Source: the human T2T-CHM13v2.0 reference genome, Homo sapiens. From it: a stretch of 64,000 nt of DNA. Numbering within the stretch: the first letter of the stretch is position 1; the number at the start of each line of letters is the position of its first letter. The stretch lies in assembly GCF_009914755.1 (NCBI RefSeq), contig NC_060948.1; one strand, given 5' to 3'. Below, one piece after another: positions 14,050 through 30,989 of the stretch. The translations under genes were made by a program, and so were the position numbers. Under the pieces are notes generated by a model. The model was not told the origin of the DNA and searched no databases. It worked only from the letters and a program-made list of their open reading frames with translations.

Positions 14050-16177
14050 AGATCCATATTTTTTAAATGAAAAAAAATTTCAAAGGTACTCTGCTTGGTA
14101 CAATAATCAAATGTATAAACTGAGGAATAAAACATAACCATGAAACCTACTTATAACTGCATATGGAAAATACAGAGGATAATTTTTTAAATAACATATT
14201 TTGAAAGCCTTAACTAGTAATTTGAAGAGCTGGCATTTGAAAGGCCAGTATGAATATACCTTCAAAGCAGCAACACAGGTTCCCCATGAGAAAAAGCAAA
14301 CACAGGGAAAATAAAACCACAAAGGTTCAATCTCTACTGACCTTTGAAAGACACAGCACAGACAGTGGTCCTTAGGACGAAGAGCAGGAGACCCCTAATT
14401 CCGTCACCATGGCGATAGGGCATAAACATTGCTGGGTGAGGGCACAATCCACATTGTGAGGTCCAACTGCTGCCAGGAAGACAGGAGTGCTTTTACATAG
14501 ACCGAAAGGTCATTGAAGGCTCAGAGTTTTCTTTCAAGAACTGAATCCCAAGCCCACACGTTATTAGGCTGCGCTTCTTAAAACAAGTTATGAGATGGGA
14601 AAAAGGGCACCCACAAACATACGTATACATTATGTATATAATAATATACAGTATCATATATATAATATATATAACCTATGTATAATATTGTTTTACATCC
14701 TGCATCTTATGTTATATATATTGTATAAAATATAATAATTGATAATATATAAGTTTTATAATTATACAATATGACATATAGTATATATTATAATTTATGA
14801 CATATATAATATATGTTATATGTCATATATAGAATATATTATACGGTTAATATACGTATTAAATATAAATTATACATTATATATATTATATATAATATAT
14901 CTGTTATATATAATACCCATTATGCATAATATATATATTATGTCTATGTTATATATAGTATAAAACAACATATAATAATATATAATTGTATATATAAAAT
15001 GCGACATATAATATATATTATATTTTATAACATATGTAATATATATTATATATTATATATAATACGTTGTATGTATAATACCTATATTAAATATATATTA
15101 TATGACTATGTTATTAATTACATGTTACATGTGTTATATATTATATATTTTACATAGAATATGCCGGTTACATACAATATATACTATGTTACGTATAATG
15201 TATAATTTATTACATGTAAAATAAAGAATGCAATATATTATGTAAAATTTATAATATACCATATGTGGAATGTGATATATATAACATTTAATATATGATA
15301 TATGATGTACAGTATATGATATATAACATACAATATATGATTCCTAATATATATGGTATACAATATATATTTTATGATATGTATTCTATATGTTTTATAT
15401 TCTGTTATATATAACTATTTGAAATTATATATAACTGTATAATATTTTATGTAAATATGTAATATAATATATATAACTATATAATATATTATATATAACT
15501 ATATATTATGTTATATATACTTTTATAACATAATTTACATAAAATATCATAATATAATATATATTATATTATTTCATATTACATAAAATATATTACATAT
15601 CACCCAATATAACTAACATACATAATATTATAATATAGATTATATTATGTTATAATAAATATCATATATATCATATATCATATATTCTATAATATATATT
15701 ACACATTATATAATATGTATGTTGTCTATTATGTGATATATATAACTATATATATAATTATATTTGTATACATATAACTAGATAAACATGTAATTCTACA
15801 TATTTTCATTTATAATATGTAGAATTATATAATCATATATAATTATTTATATTCTATAAAAAATTTTATCATTATATAAATTATAATATATAAAAATTAT
15901 AATATGTACTACAAATATATATATTATATATCATATATGATATAGTACCTTTGTTATATATCATAATACATATAAATGTGTATTATGTTATCTATAATTA
16001 TATAATTTCATATATAAGTTGTATAATATGTATCATATATTATATATGTTATGTAATATATATAGTATATATAAGATGACACAGGATAAATATTATATAC
16101 TATGACATATAAAATATATGAGGTTATATGTTACATATAAGGCATAGCACATAACATGTAATATATATCATATATAA

Positions 16178-16469
16178 TTTTTTTTTAGACAGAATCTTGT
16201 CCTGTTGCACAGGGTGGGGTACAATGGCGCCATCTTTGCTCACTGCAAATTCTGCCTCACGGGTCCAAGCGATTGTCCTCCCTCAGCCTCCCAGGTAGCT
16301 GGGACTACACCACACTGGGACTACACCAGCTGCCACCATGCCTAGCTAATTATTTGGATTTTTAGTAGTGACAGCGTTTCACTGTATTGGCCAGGATGGT
16401 CTTGATCTCTTCACCTTGTGATCCCCTTGCCTTGGCCTCCAAATTTGCTGGGATTACAGGCCTGAGCCA
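16178..16469 (-). mobile_element. Diverged Alu SINE, unit 7
   Basis: Same Alu hallmarks as unit 1. Confidence 0.95.
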
Positions 16470-18597
16470 AGATCCGTATTTTTTAAATGAAAAAAAATTT
16501 CAAAGGTACTCTGCTTGGTACAATAATCAAATGTATAAACTGAGGAATAAAACATAACCATGAAACCTACTTATAACTGCATATGGAAAATACAGAGGAT
16601 AATTTTTTAAATAACATATTTTGAAAGCCTTAACTAGTAATTTGAAGAGTTGGCATTTGAAAGGCCAGTATGAATATACCTTCAAAGCAGCAACACAGGT
16701 TCCCCATGAGAAAAAGCAAACACAGGGAAAATAAAAACACAAAGGTTCAATCTCTTCTGACCTTTGAAAGACACAGCACAGACAGTGGTCCTTAGGACGA
16801 AGAGCAGGAGACCCCTAATTCCGTCACCATGGCGATAGGGCATAAACATTGCTGGGTGAGGGCACAATCCACATTGTGAGGTCCAACTGCTGCCAGGAAG
16901 ACAGGAGTGCTTTTACATAGACCGAAAGGTCATTGAAGGCTCAGAGTTTTGTTTCAAGAACTGAATCCCAAGCCCACACGTTATTAGGCTGCGCTTCTTA
17001 AAACAAGTTATGAGATGGGAAAAAGGGCACCCACAAACATACGTATACATTATGTATATAATAATATACAGTATCATATATATAATATATATAACCTATG
17101 TATAATATTGTTTTACATCCTTTATCTAATGTTATATATATTGTATAAAATATAATAATTGATAATATATAAGTTTTATAATTATACAATATGACATATA
17201 GTATATATTATAATTTATGACATATATAATATATGTTATATGTCATATATAGAATATATTATACGGTTAATATACGTATTAAATATAAATTATACATTAT
17301 ATATATTATATATAATATATCTGTTATATATAATACCCATTATGCATAATATATATATTATGTCTATGTTATATATAGTATAAAACAACATATAATAATA
17401 TATAATTGTATATATAAAATGCGACATATAATATATATTATATTTTATAACATATGTAATATATATTATATATTATATATAATACGTTGTATGTATAATA
17501 CCTATATTAAATATATATTATATGACTATGTTATTAATTACATGTCACATGTGTTATATATTATATATTTTACATAGAATATACCGGTTACATACAATAT
17601 ATACTATGTTACCTATAATGTATAATTTATTACATGTAAAATAAAGAATGCAATATATTATGTATAATTTATAATATACCATATGTGGAATGTGATATAT
17701 ATAACATATAATATATGATATATGATATACAGTATATGATATATAACATACAATATATGATTCCTAATATATATGGTATACAATATATATTTTATGATAT
17801 GTATTCTATATGTTTTATATTCTGTTATATATAACTATTTGAAATTATATATAACTGTATAATATTTTATGTAAATATGTAATATAATATATATAACTAT
17901 ATAATATATTATATATAACTATATATTATGTTATATATACTTTTATAACATAATTTACATAAAATATCATAATATAATATATATTATATTATTTCATATT
18001 ACATAATATATATTACATATCACCCAATAAAACTAACATACATAATATTATAATATAGATTATATTGTGTTATATTAAATATCATATATATCATGTATCA
18101 TATATTCTATAATATATATTACACATTATATAATATGTATGTTGTCTATTATGTGATATATATAACTATATATATAATTATATTTTTATACATATAACTA
18201 GATAAACATGTAATTCTACATATTTTCATTTATAATATGTATAATTATATAATCATATATAATTATTTATATTCTATAAAAAATTTTATCATTATATAAA
18301 TTATAATATATAAAAATTATAATATGTACTACAAATATATATATTATATATCATATATGATATAGTACCTTTGTTATATTTCATAATACATATAAATGTG
18401 TATTATGTTATCTATAATTATATAATTTCATATATAAGATGTATAATATGTATCATATATTATATATGTTATGTAATATATATAGTATATATAAGATGAC
18501 ACAGGATAAATATTATATACTATGACATATAAAATATATGAGGTTATATGTTACATATAAGGCATAGCACAGAACATTTAATATATATCATATATAA

Positions 18598-18889
<292 letters not shown>

Positions 18890-21017
18890 AGATCCATATT
18901 TTTTAAATGAAAAAAAATTTCAAAGGTACTCTGCTTGGTACAATAATCAAATGTATAAACTGAGGAATAAAACATAACCATGAAACCTACTTATAACTGC
19001 ATATGGAAAATACAGAGGATAATTTTTTAAATAACATATTTTGAAAGCCTTAACTAGTAATTTGAAGAGTTGGCATTTGAAAGGCCAGTATGAATATACC
19101 TTCAAAGCAGCAACACAGGTTCCCCATGAGAAAAAGCAAACACAGGGAAAATAAAAACACAAAGGTTCAATCTCTTCTGACCTTTGAAAGACACAGCACA
19201 GACAGTGGTCCTTAGGACGAAGAGCAGGAGACCCCTAATTCCGTCACCATGGCGATAGGGCATAAACATTGCTGGGTGAGGGCACAATCCACATTGTGAG
19301 GTCCAACTGCTGCCAGGAAGACAGGAGTGCTTTTACATAGACCGAAAGGTCATTGAAGGCTCAGAGTTTTGTTTCAAGAACTGAATCCCAAGCCCACACG
19401 TTATTAGGCTGCGCTTCTTAAAACAAGTTATGAGATGGGAAAAAGGGCACCCACAAACATACGTATACATTATGTATATAATAATATACAGTATCATATA
19501 TATAATATATATAACCTATGTATAATATTGTTTTACATCCTGCATCTTATGTTATATATATTGTATAAAATATAATAATTGATAATATATAAGTTTTATA
19601 ATTATACAATATGACATATAGTATATATTATAATTTATGACATATATAATATATGTTATATGTCATATATAGAATATATTATACGGTTAATATACGTATT
19701 AAATATAAATTATACATTATATATATTATATATAATATATCTGTTATATATAATACCCATTATGCATAATATATATATTATGTCTATGTTATATATCGTA
19801 TAAAACAACATATAATAATATATAATTGTATATATAAAATGCGACATATAATATATATTATATTTTATTACATATGTAATATATATTATATATTATATAT
19901 AATACGTTGTATGTATAATACCTATATTAAATATATATTATATGACCATGTTATTAATTACATGTCACATGTGTTATATATTATATATTTTACATAGAAT
20001 ATACCGGTTACATACAATATATACTATGTTACCTATAATGTATAATTTATTACATATAAAATAAAGAATGCAATATATTATGTAAAATTTATAATATACC
20101 ATATGTGGAATGTGATATATATAACATATAATATATGATATATGATGTACAGTATATGATATATAACATACAATATATGATTCCTAATATATATGGTATA
20201 CAATATATATTTTATGTTATGTATTCTATATGTTTTATATTCTGTTATATATAACTATTTGAAATTATATATAACTGTATAATATTTTATGTAAATATGT
20301 AATATAATATATATAACTATATAATATATTATATATAACTATATATTATGTTATATATACTTTTATAACATAACTTACATAAAATATCATAATATAATAT
20401 ATATTATATTATTTCATATTACATAATATATATTACATATCACCCAATATAACTAACATACATAATATTATAATATAGATTATATTATGTTATATTAAAT
20501 ATCATATATATCATGTATCATATATTCTATAATATATATTACACCTTATATAATATGTATGTTGTCTATTATGTGATATATATAACTATATATATAATTA
20601 TATTTTTATACATATAACTAGATAAACATGTAATTCTACATATTTTCATTTATAATATGTAGAATTATATAATCATATATAATTATTTATATTCTATAAA
20701 AAATTTTATCATTATATAAATTATAATATATAAAAATTATAATATGTACTACAAATATATATATTATATATCATATATGATATAGTACCTTTGTTATATA
20801 TCATAATACATATAAATGTGTATTATGTTATCTATAATTATATAATTTCATATATAAGATGTATAATATGTATCATATATTATATATGTTATGTAATATA
20901 TATAGTATATATAAGATGACACAGGATAAATATTATATACTATGACATATAAAATATATGAGGTTATATGTTACATATAAGGCATAGCACATAACATGTA
21001 ATATATATCACATATAA

Positions 21018-21309
21018 TTTTTTTTTAGAGAGAATCTTGTCCTGTTGCACAGGGTGGGGTACAATGGAGCCATCTTTGCTCACTGCAACTTCTGCCTCAC
21101 GGGTCCAAGCGATTGTCCTCCCTCAGCCTCCCAGGTAGCTGGGACTACACCACACTGGGACTACACCAGCTGCCACCATGCCTAGCTAATTATTTGGATT
21201 TTTAGTAGTGACAGCGTTTCACTGTATTGGCCAGGATGGTCTTGATCTCTTCACCTTGTGATCCCCTTGCCTTGGCCTCCAAATTTGCTGGGATTACAGA
21301 CCTGGGCCA
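21018..21309 (-). mobile_element. Diverged Alu SINE, unit 9
   Basis: Same Alu hallmarks as unit 1. Confidence 0.95.
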
Positions 21310-23437
21310 AGATCCATATTTTTTAAATGAAAAAAAATTTCAAAGGTACTCTGCTTGGTACAATAATCAAATGTATAAACTGAGGAATAAAACATAACCA
21401 TGAAACCTACTTATAACTGCATATGGAAAATACAGAGGATAATTTTTTAAATAACATATTTTGAAAGCCTTAACTAGTAATTTGAAGAGCTGGCATTTGA
21501 AAGGCCAGTATGAATATACCTTCAAAGCAGCAACTCAGGTTCCCCATGAGAAAAAGCAAACACAGGGAAAATAAAACCACAAAGGTTCAATCTCTTCTGA
21601 CCTTTGAAAGACACAGCACAGACAGTGGTCCTTAGGACGAAGAGCAGGAGACCCCTAATTCCGTCACCATGGCGATAGGGCATAAACATTGCTGGGTGAG
21701 GGCACAATCCACATTTTGAGGTCCAACTGCTGCCAGGAAGACAGGAGTGCTTTTACATAGACCGAAAGGTCAATGAAGGCTCAGAGTTTTGTTTCAAGAA
21801 CTGAATCCCAAGCCCACACGTTATTAGGCTGCGCTTCTTAAAACAAGTTATGAGATGGGAAAAAGGGCACCCACAAACATACGTATACATTATGTATATA
21901 ATAATATACAGTATCATATATATAATATATATAACCTATGTATAATATTGTTTTACATCCTGCATCTTATGTTATATATATTGTATAAAATATAATAATT
22001 GATAATATATAAGTTTTATAATTATACAATATGACATATAGTATATATTATAATTTATGACATATATAATATATGTTATATGTCATATATAGAATATATT
22101 ATACGGTTAATATACGTATTAAATATAAATTATACATTATATATATTATATATAATATATCTGTTATATATAATACCCATTATGCATAATATATATATTA
22201 TGTCTATGTTATATATCGTATAAAACAACATATAATAATATATAATTGTATATATAAAATGCGACATATAATATATATTATATTTTATTACATATGTAAT
22301 ATATATTATATATTATATATAATACGTTGTATGTATAATACCTATATTAAATATATATTATATGACCATGTTATTAATTACATGTCACATGTGTTATATA
22401 TTATATATTTTACATAGAATATACCGGTTACATACAATATATACTATGTTACCTATAATGTATAATTTATTACATATAAAATAAAGAATGCAATATATTA
22501 TGTAAAATTTATAATATACCATATGTGGAATGTGATATATATAACATATAATATATGATATATGATGTACAGTATATGATATATAACATACAATATATGA
22601 TTCCTAATATATATGGTATACAATATATATTTTATGTTATGTATTCTATATGTTTTATATTCTGTTATATATAACTATTTGAAATTATATATAACTGTAT
22701 AATATTTTATGTAAATATGTAATATAATATATATAACTATATAATATATTATATATAACTATATATTATGTTATATATACTTTTATAACATAACTTACAT
22801 AAAATATCATAATATAATATATATTATATTATTTCATATTACATAATATATATTACATATCACCCAATATAACTAACATACATAATATTATAATATAGAT
22901 TATATTATGTTATATTAAATATCATATATATCATGTATCATATATTCTATAATATATATTACACCTTATATAATATGTATGTTGTCTATTATGTGATATA
23001 TATAACTATATATATAATTATATTTTTATACATATAACTAGATAAACATGTAATTCTACATATTTTCATTTATAATATGTAGAATTATATAATCATATAT
23101 AATTATTTATATTCTATAAAAAATTTTATCATTATATAAATTATAATATATAAAAATTATAATATGTACTACAAATATATATATTATATATCATATATGA
23201 TATAGTACCTTTGTTATATATCATAATACATATAAATGTGTATTATGTTATCTATAATTATATAATTTCATATATAAGATGTATAATATGTATCATATAT
23301 TATATATGTTATGTAATATATATAGTATATATAAGATGACACAGGATAAATATTATATACTATGACATATAAAATATATGAGGTTATATGTTACATATAA
23401 GGCATAGCACATAACATGTAATATATATCACATATAA

Positions 23438-23729
23438 TTTTTTTTTAGAGAGAATCTTGTCCTGTTGCACAGGGTGGGGTACAATGGAGCCATCTTTGCT
23501 CACTGCAACTTCTGCCTCACGGGTCCAAGCGATTGTCCTCCCTCAGCCTCCCAGGTAGCTGGGACTACACCACACTGGGACTACACCAGCTGCCACCATG
23601 CCTAGCTAATTATTTGGATTTTTAGTAGTGACAGCGTTTCACTGTATTGGCCAGGATGGTCTTGATCTCTTCACCTTGTGATCCCCTTGCCTTGGCCTCC
23701 AAATTTGCTGGGATTACAGACCTGGGCCA
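23438..23729 (-). mobile_element. Diverged Alu SINE, unit 10
   Basis: Same Alu hallmarks as unit 1. Confidence 0.95.
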
Positions 23730-25857
23730 AGATCCATATTTTTTAAATGAAAAAAAATTTCAAAGGTACTCTGCTTGGTACAATAATCAAATGTATAAAC
23801 TGAGGAATAAAACATAACCATGAAACCTACTTATAACTGCATATGGAAAATACAGAGGATAATTTTTTAAATAACATATTTTGAAAGCCTTAACTAGTAA
23901 TTTGAAGAGCTGGCATTTGAAAGGCCAGTATGAATATACCTTCAAAGCAGCAACTCAGGTTCCCCATGAGAAAAAGCAAACACAGGGAAAATAAAACCAC
24001 AAAGGTTCAATCTCTTCTGACCTTTGAAAGACACAGCACAGACAGTGGTCCTTAGGACGAAGAGCAGGAGACCCCTAATTCCGTCACCATGGCGATAGGG
24101 CATAAACATTGCTGGGTGAGGGCACAATCCACATTTTGAGGTCCAACTGCTGCCAGGAAGACAGGAGTGCTTTTACATAGACCGAAAGGTCAATGAAGGC
24201 TCAGAGTTTTGTTTCAAGAACTGAATCCCAAGCCCACACGTTATTAGGCTGCGCTTCTTAAAACAAGTTATGAGATGGGAAAAAGGGCACCCACAAACAT
24301 ACGTATACATTATGTATATAATAATATACAGTATCATATATATAATATATATAACCTATGTATAATATTGTTTTACATCCTGCATCTTATGTTATATATA
24401 TTGTATAAAATATAATAATTGATAATATATAAGTTTTATAATTATACAATATGACATATAGTATATATTATAATTTATGACATATATAATATATGTTATA
24501 TGTCATATATAGAATATATTATACGGTTAATATACGTATTAAATATAAATTATACATTATATATATTATATATAATATATCTGTTATATATAATACCCAT
24601 TATGCATAATATATATATTATGTCTATGTTATATATAGTATAAAACAACATATAATAATATATAATTGTATATATAAAATGCGACATATAATATATATTA
24701 TATTTTATAACATATGTAATATATATTATATATTATATATAATACGTTGTATGTATAATACCTATATTAAATATATATTATATGACTATGTTATTAATTA
24801 CGTGTCACATGTGTTATATATTATATATTTTACATAGAATATACCGGTTACATACAATATATACTATGTTACCTATAATGTATAATTTATTACATGTAAA
24901 ATAAACAATGCAATATATTATGTATAATTTATAATATACAATATGTGGAATGTGATATATATAACATATAATATATGATATATGATATACAGTATATGAT
25001 ATATAACATACAATATATGATTCCTAATATATATGGTATACAATATATATTTTATGATATGTATTCTATATGTTTTATATTCTGTTATATATAACTATTT
25101 GAAATTATATATAACTGTATAATATTTTATGTAAATATGTAATATAATATATATAACTATATAATATATTATATATAACTATATATTATGTTATATATAC
25201 TTTTATAACATAATTTACATAAAATATCATAATATAATATACATTATATTATTTCATATTACATAATATATATTACATATCACCCAATATAACTAACATA
25301 CATAATATTATAATATAGATTATATTGTGTTATATTAAATATCATATATATCATGTATCATATATTCTATAATATATATTACACATTATATAATATGTAT
25401 GTTGTCTATTATGTGATATATATAACTATATATATAATTATATTTTTATACATATAACTAGATAAACATGTAATTCTACATATTTTCATTTATAATATGT
25501 ATAATTATATAATCATATATAATTATTTATATTCTATAAAAAATTTTATCATTATATAAATTATAATATATAAAAATTATAATATGTACTACAAATATAT
25601 ATATTATATATCATATATGATATAGTACTATTGTTATATTTCATAATACATATAAATGTGTATTATGTTATCTATAATTATATAATTTCATATATAAGAT
25701 GTACAATATGTATCATAAATTATATATGTTGTGTAATATATATAGTATATATAAGATGACACAGGATAAATATTATATACTATGACATATAAAATATATG
25801 AGGTTATATGTTACATATAAGGCATAGCACATAACATGTAATATATACCATATATAA

Positions 25858-26149
25858 TTTTTTTTTAGACAGAATCTTGTCCTGTTGCACAGGGTGGGGT
25901 ACAATGGCGCCATCTTTGCTGACTGCAAATTCTGCCTCACGGGTCCAAGCGATTGTCCTCCCTCAGCCTCCCAGGTAGCTGGGACTACACCACACTGGGA
26001 CTATACCAGCTGCCACCATGCCTAGCTAATTTTTTGGATTTTTAGTAGTGACAGCGTTTCACTGTATTGGCCAGGATGGTCTTGATCTCTTCACCTTGTG
26101 ATCCCCTTGCCTTGGCCTCCAAATTTGCTGGGATTACAGGCCTGAGCCA
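25858..26149 (-). mobile_element. Diverged Alu SINE, unit 11
   Basis: Same Alu hallmarks as unit 1. Confidence 0.95.
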
Positions 26150-28277
26150 AGATCCATATTTTTTAAATGAAAAAAAATTTCAAAGGTACTCTGCTTGGTA
26201 CAATAATCAAATGTATAAACTGAGGAATAAAACATAACCATGAAACCTACTTATAACTGCATATGGAAAATACAGAGGATAATTTTTTAAATAACATATT
26301 TTGAAAGCCTTAACTAGTAATTTGAAGAGTTGGCATTTGAAAGGCCAGTATGAATATACCTTCAAAGCAGCAACACAGGTTCCCCATGAGAAAAAGCAAA
26401 CACAGGGAAAATAAAAACACAAAGGTTCAATCTCTTCTGACCTTTGAAAGACACAGCACAGACAGTGGTCCTTAGGACGAAGAGCAGGAGACCCCTAATT
26501 CCGTCACCATGGCGATAGGGCATAAACATTGCTGGGTGAGGGCACAATCCACATTGTGAGGTCCAACTGCTGCCAGGAAGACAGGAGTGCTTTTACATAG
26601 ACCGAAAGGTCATTGAAGGCTCAGAGTTTTGTTTCAAGAACTGAATCCCAAGCCCACACGTTATTAGGCTGCGCTTCTTAAAACAAGTTATGAGATGGGA
26701 AAAAGGGCACCCACAAACATACGTATACATTATGTATATAATAATATACAGTATCATATATATAATATATATAACCTATGTATAATATTGTTTTACATCC
26801 TTTATCTAATGTTATATATATTGTATAAAATATAATAATTGATAATATATAAGTTTTATAATTATACAATATGACATATAGTATATATTATAATTTATGA
26901 CATATATAATATATGTTATATGTCATATATAGAATATATTATACGGTTAATATACGTATTAAATATAAATTATACATTATATATATTATATATAATATAT
27001 CTGTTATATATAATACCCATTATGCATAATATATATATTATGTCTATGTTATATATAGCATAAAACAACATATAATAATATATAATTGTATATATAAAAT
27101 GCGACATATAATATATATTATATTTTATTACATATGTAATATATATTATATATTATATATAATACGTTGTATGTATAATACCTATATTAAATATATATTA
27201 TATGACTATGTTATTAATTACGTGTCACATGCGTTATATATTATATATTTTATATAGAATATACCGGTTACATACAATATATACTATGTTACCTATAATG
27301 TATAATTTATTACATGTAAAATAAAGAATGCAATATATTATGTAAAATTTATAATATACCATATGTGGAATGTGATATATATAACATATAATATATGATA
27401 TATGATGTACAGTATATGATATATAACATACAATATATGATTCCTAATATATATGGTATACAATATATATTTTATGTTATGTATTCTATATGTTTTATAT
27501 TCTGTTATATATAACTATTTGAAATTATATATAACTGTATAATATTTTATGTAAATATGTAATATAATATATATAACTATATAATATATTATATATAACT
27601 ATATATTATGTTATATATACTTTTATAACATAATTTACATAAAATATCATAATATAATATATAATATATTATTTCATATTACATAATATATATTACATAT
27701 CACCCAATATAACTAACATACATAATATTATAATATAGATTATATTATGTTATATTAAATATCATATATATCATGTATCATATATTCTATAATATATATT
27801 ACACCTTATATAATATGTATGTTGTCTATTATGTGATATATATAACTATATATATAATTATATTTTTATACATATAACTAGATAAACATGTAATTCTACA
27901 TATTTTCATTTATAATATGTAGTATTATATAATCATATATAATTATTTATATTCTATAAAAAATTTTATCATTATATAAATTATAATATATAAAAATTAT
28001 AATATGTACTACAAATATATATATTATATATCATATATGATATAGTACCTTTGTTATATATCATAATACATATAAATGTGTATTATGTTATCTATAATTA
28101 TATAATTTCATATATAAGATGTATAATGTGTATCATATATTATATATGTTATGTAATATATATAGTATATATAAGATGACACAGGATAAATATTATATAC
28201 TATGACATATAAAATATATGAGGTTATATGTTACATATAAGGCATAGCACATAACATGTAATATATATCATATATAA

Positions 28278-28569
28278 TTTTTTTTTAGACAGAATCTTGT
28301 CCTGTTGCACAGGGTGGGGTACAATGGCGCCATCTTTGCTGACTGCAAATTCTGCCTCACGGGTCCAAGCGATTGTCCTCCCTCAGCCTCCCAGGTAGCT
28401 GGGACTACACCACACTGGGACTACACCAGCTGCCACCATGCCTAGCTAATTTTTTGGATTTTTAGTAGTGACAGCGTTTCACTGTATTGGCCAGGATGGT
28501 CTTGATCTCTTCACCTTGTGATCCCCTTGCCTTGGCCTCCAAATTTGCTGGGATTACAGGCCTGAGCCA
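28278..28569 (-). mobile_element. Diverged Alu SINE, unit 12
   Basis: Same Alu hallmarks as unit 1. Confidence 0.95.
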
Positions 28570-30697
28570 AGATCCATATTTTTTAAATGAAAAAAAATTT
28601 CAAAGGTACTCTGCTTGGTACAATAATCAAATGTATAAACTGAGGAATAAAACATAACCATGAAACCTACTTATAACTGCATATGGAAAATACAGAGGAT
28701 AATTTTTTAAATAACATATTTTGAAAGCCTTAACTAGTAATTTGAAGAGTTGGCATTTGAAAGGCCAGTATGAATATACCTTCAAAGCAGCAACACAGGT
28801 TCCCCATGAGAAAAAGCAAACACAGGGAAAATAAAAACACAAAGGTTCAATCTCTTCTGACCTTTGAAAGACACAGCACAGACAGTGGTCCTTAGGACGA
28901 AGAGCAGGAGACCCCTAATTCCGTCACCATGGCGATAGGGCATAAACATTGCTGGGTGAGGGCACAATCCACATTGTGAGGTCCAACTGCTGCCAGGAAG
29001 ACAGGAGTGCTTTTACATAGACCGAAAGGTCATTGAAGGCTCAGAGTTTTGTTTCAAGAACTGAATCCCAAGCCCACACGTTATTAGGCTGCGCTTCTTA
29101 AAACAAGTTATGAGATGGGAAAAAGGGCACCCACAAACATACGTATACATTATGTATATAATAATATACAGTATCATATATATAATATATATAACCTATG
29201 TATAATATTGTTTTACATCCTGCATCTAATGTTATATATATTGTATAAAATATAATAATTGATAATATATAAGTTTTATAATTATACAATATGACATATA
29301 GTATATATTATAATTTATGACATATATAATATATGTTATATGTCATATATAGAATATATTATACGGTTAATATACGTATTAAATATAAATTATACATTAT
29401 ATATAATATATATAATATATCTGTTATATATAATACACATTATGCATAATATATATATTATGTCTATGTTATATATAGTATAAAACAACATATAATAATA
29501 TATAATTGTATATATAAAATGCGACATATAATATATATTATATTTTATAACATATGTAATATATATTATATATTATATATAATACGTTGTATGTATAATA
29601 CCTATATTAAATATATATTATATGACTATGTTATTAATTACATGTCACATGTGTTATATATTATATATTTTACATAGAATATACCGGTTACATACAATAT
29701 ATACTATGTTACCTATAATGTATAATTTATTACATGTAAAATAAAGAATGCAATATATTATGTATAATTTATAATATATCATATGTGGAATGTGATATAT
29801 ATAACATATAATATATGATATATGATATACAGTATATGATATATAACATACAATATATGATTCCTAATATATATGGTATACAATATATATTTTATGATAT
29901 GTATTCTATATGTTTTATATTCTGTTATATATAACTATTTGAAATTATATATAACTGTATAATATTTTATGTAAATATGTAATATAACATATATAACTAT
30001 ATAATATATTATATATAACTATATATTATGTTATATATACTTTTATAACATAATTTACATAAAATATCATAATATAATATATATTATATTATTTCATATT
30101 ACATAATATATATTACATATCACCCAATATAACTAACATACATAATATTATAATATAGATTATATTATGTTATATTAAATATCATATATATCATGTATCA
30201 TATATTCTATAATATATATTACACATTATATAATATGTATGTTGTCTATTATGTGATATATATAACTATATATATAATTATATTTTTATACATATAACTA
30301 GATAAACATGTAATTCTACATATTTTCATTTATAATATGTAGAATTATAAAATCATATATAATTATTTATATTCTATAAAAAATTTTATCATTATATAAA
30401 TTATAATATATAAAAATTATAATAGGTACTACAAATATATATATTATATATCATATATGATATAGTACCTTTGTTATATTTCATAATACATATAAATGTG
30501 TATTATGTTATCTATGATTATATAATTTCATATATAAGATGTATAATGTGTATCATATATTATATATGTTATGTAATATATATAGTATATATAAGATGAC
30601 ACAGGATAAATATTATATACTATGACATATAAAATATATGAGGTTATATGTTACATATAAGGCATAGCACATAACATGTAATATATATCATATATAA

Positions 30698-30989
30698 TTT
30701 TTTTTTAGACAGAATCTTGTCCTGTTGCACAGGGTGGGGTACAATGGCGCCATCTTTGCTCACTGCAACTTCTGTCTCACGGGTCCAAGCGATTGTCCTC
30801 CCTCAGCCTCCCAGGTAGCTGGGACTACACCACACTGGGACTACACCAGCTGCCACCATGCCTAGCTAATTTTTTGGATTTTTAGTAGTGACAGCGTTTC
30901 ACTGTATTGGCCAGGATGGTCTTGATCTCTTCACCTTGTGATCCCCTTGCCTTGGCCTCCAAATTTGCTGGGATTACAGGCCTGAGCCA
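30698..30989 (-). mobile_element. Diverged Alu SINE, unit 13
   Basis: Same Alu hallmarks as unit 1. Confidence 0.95.
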
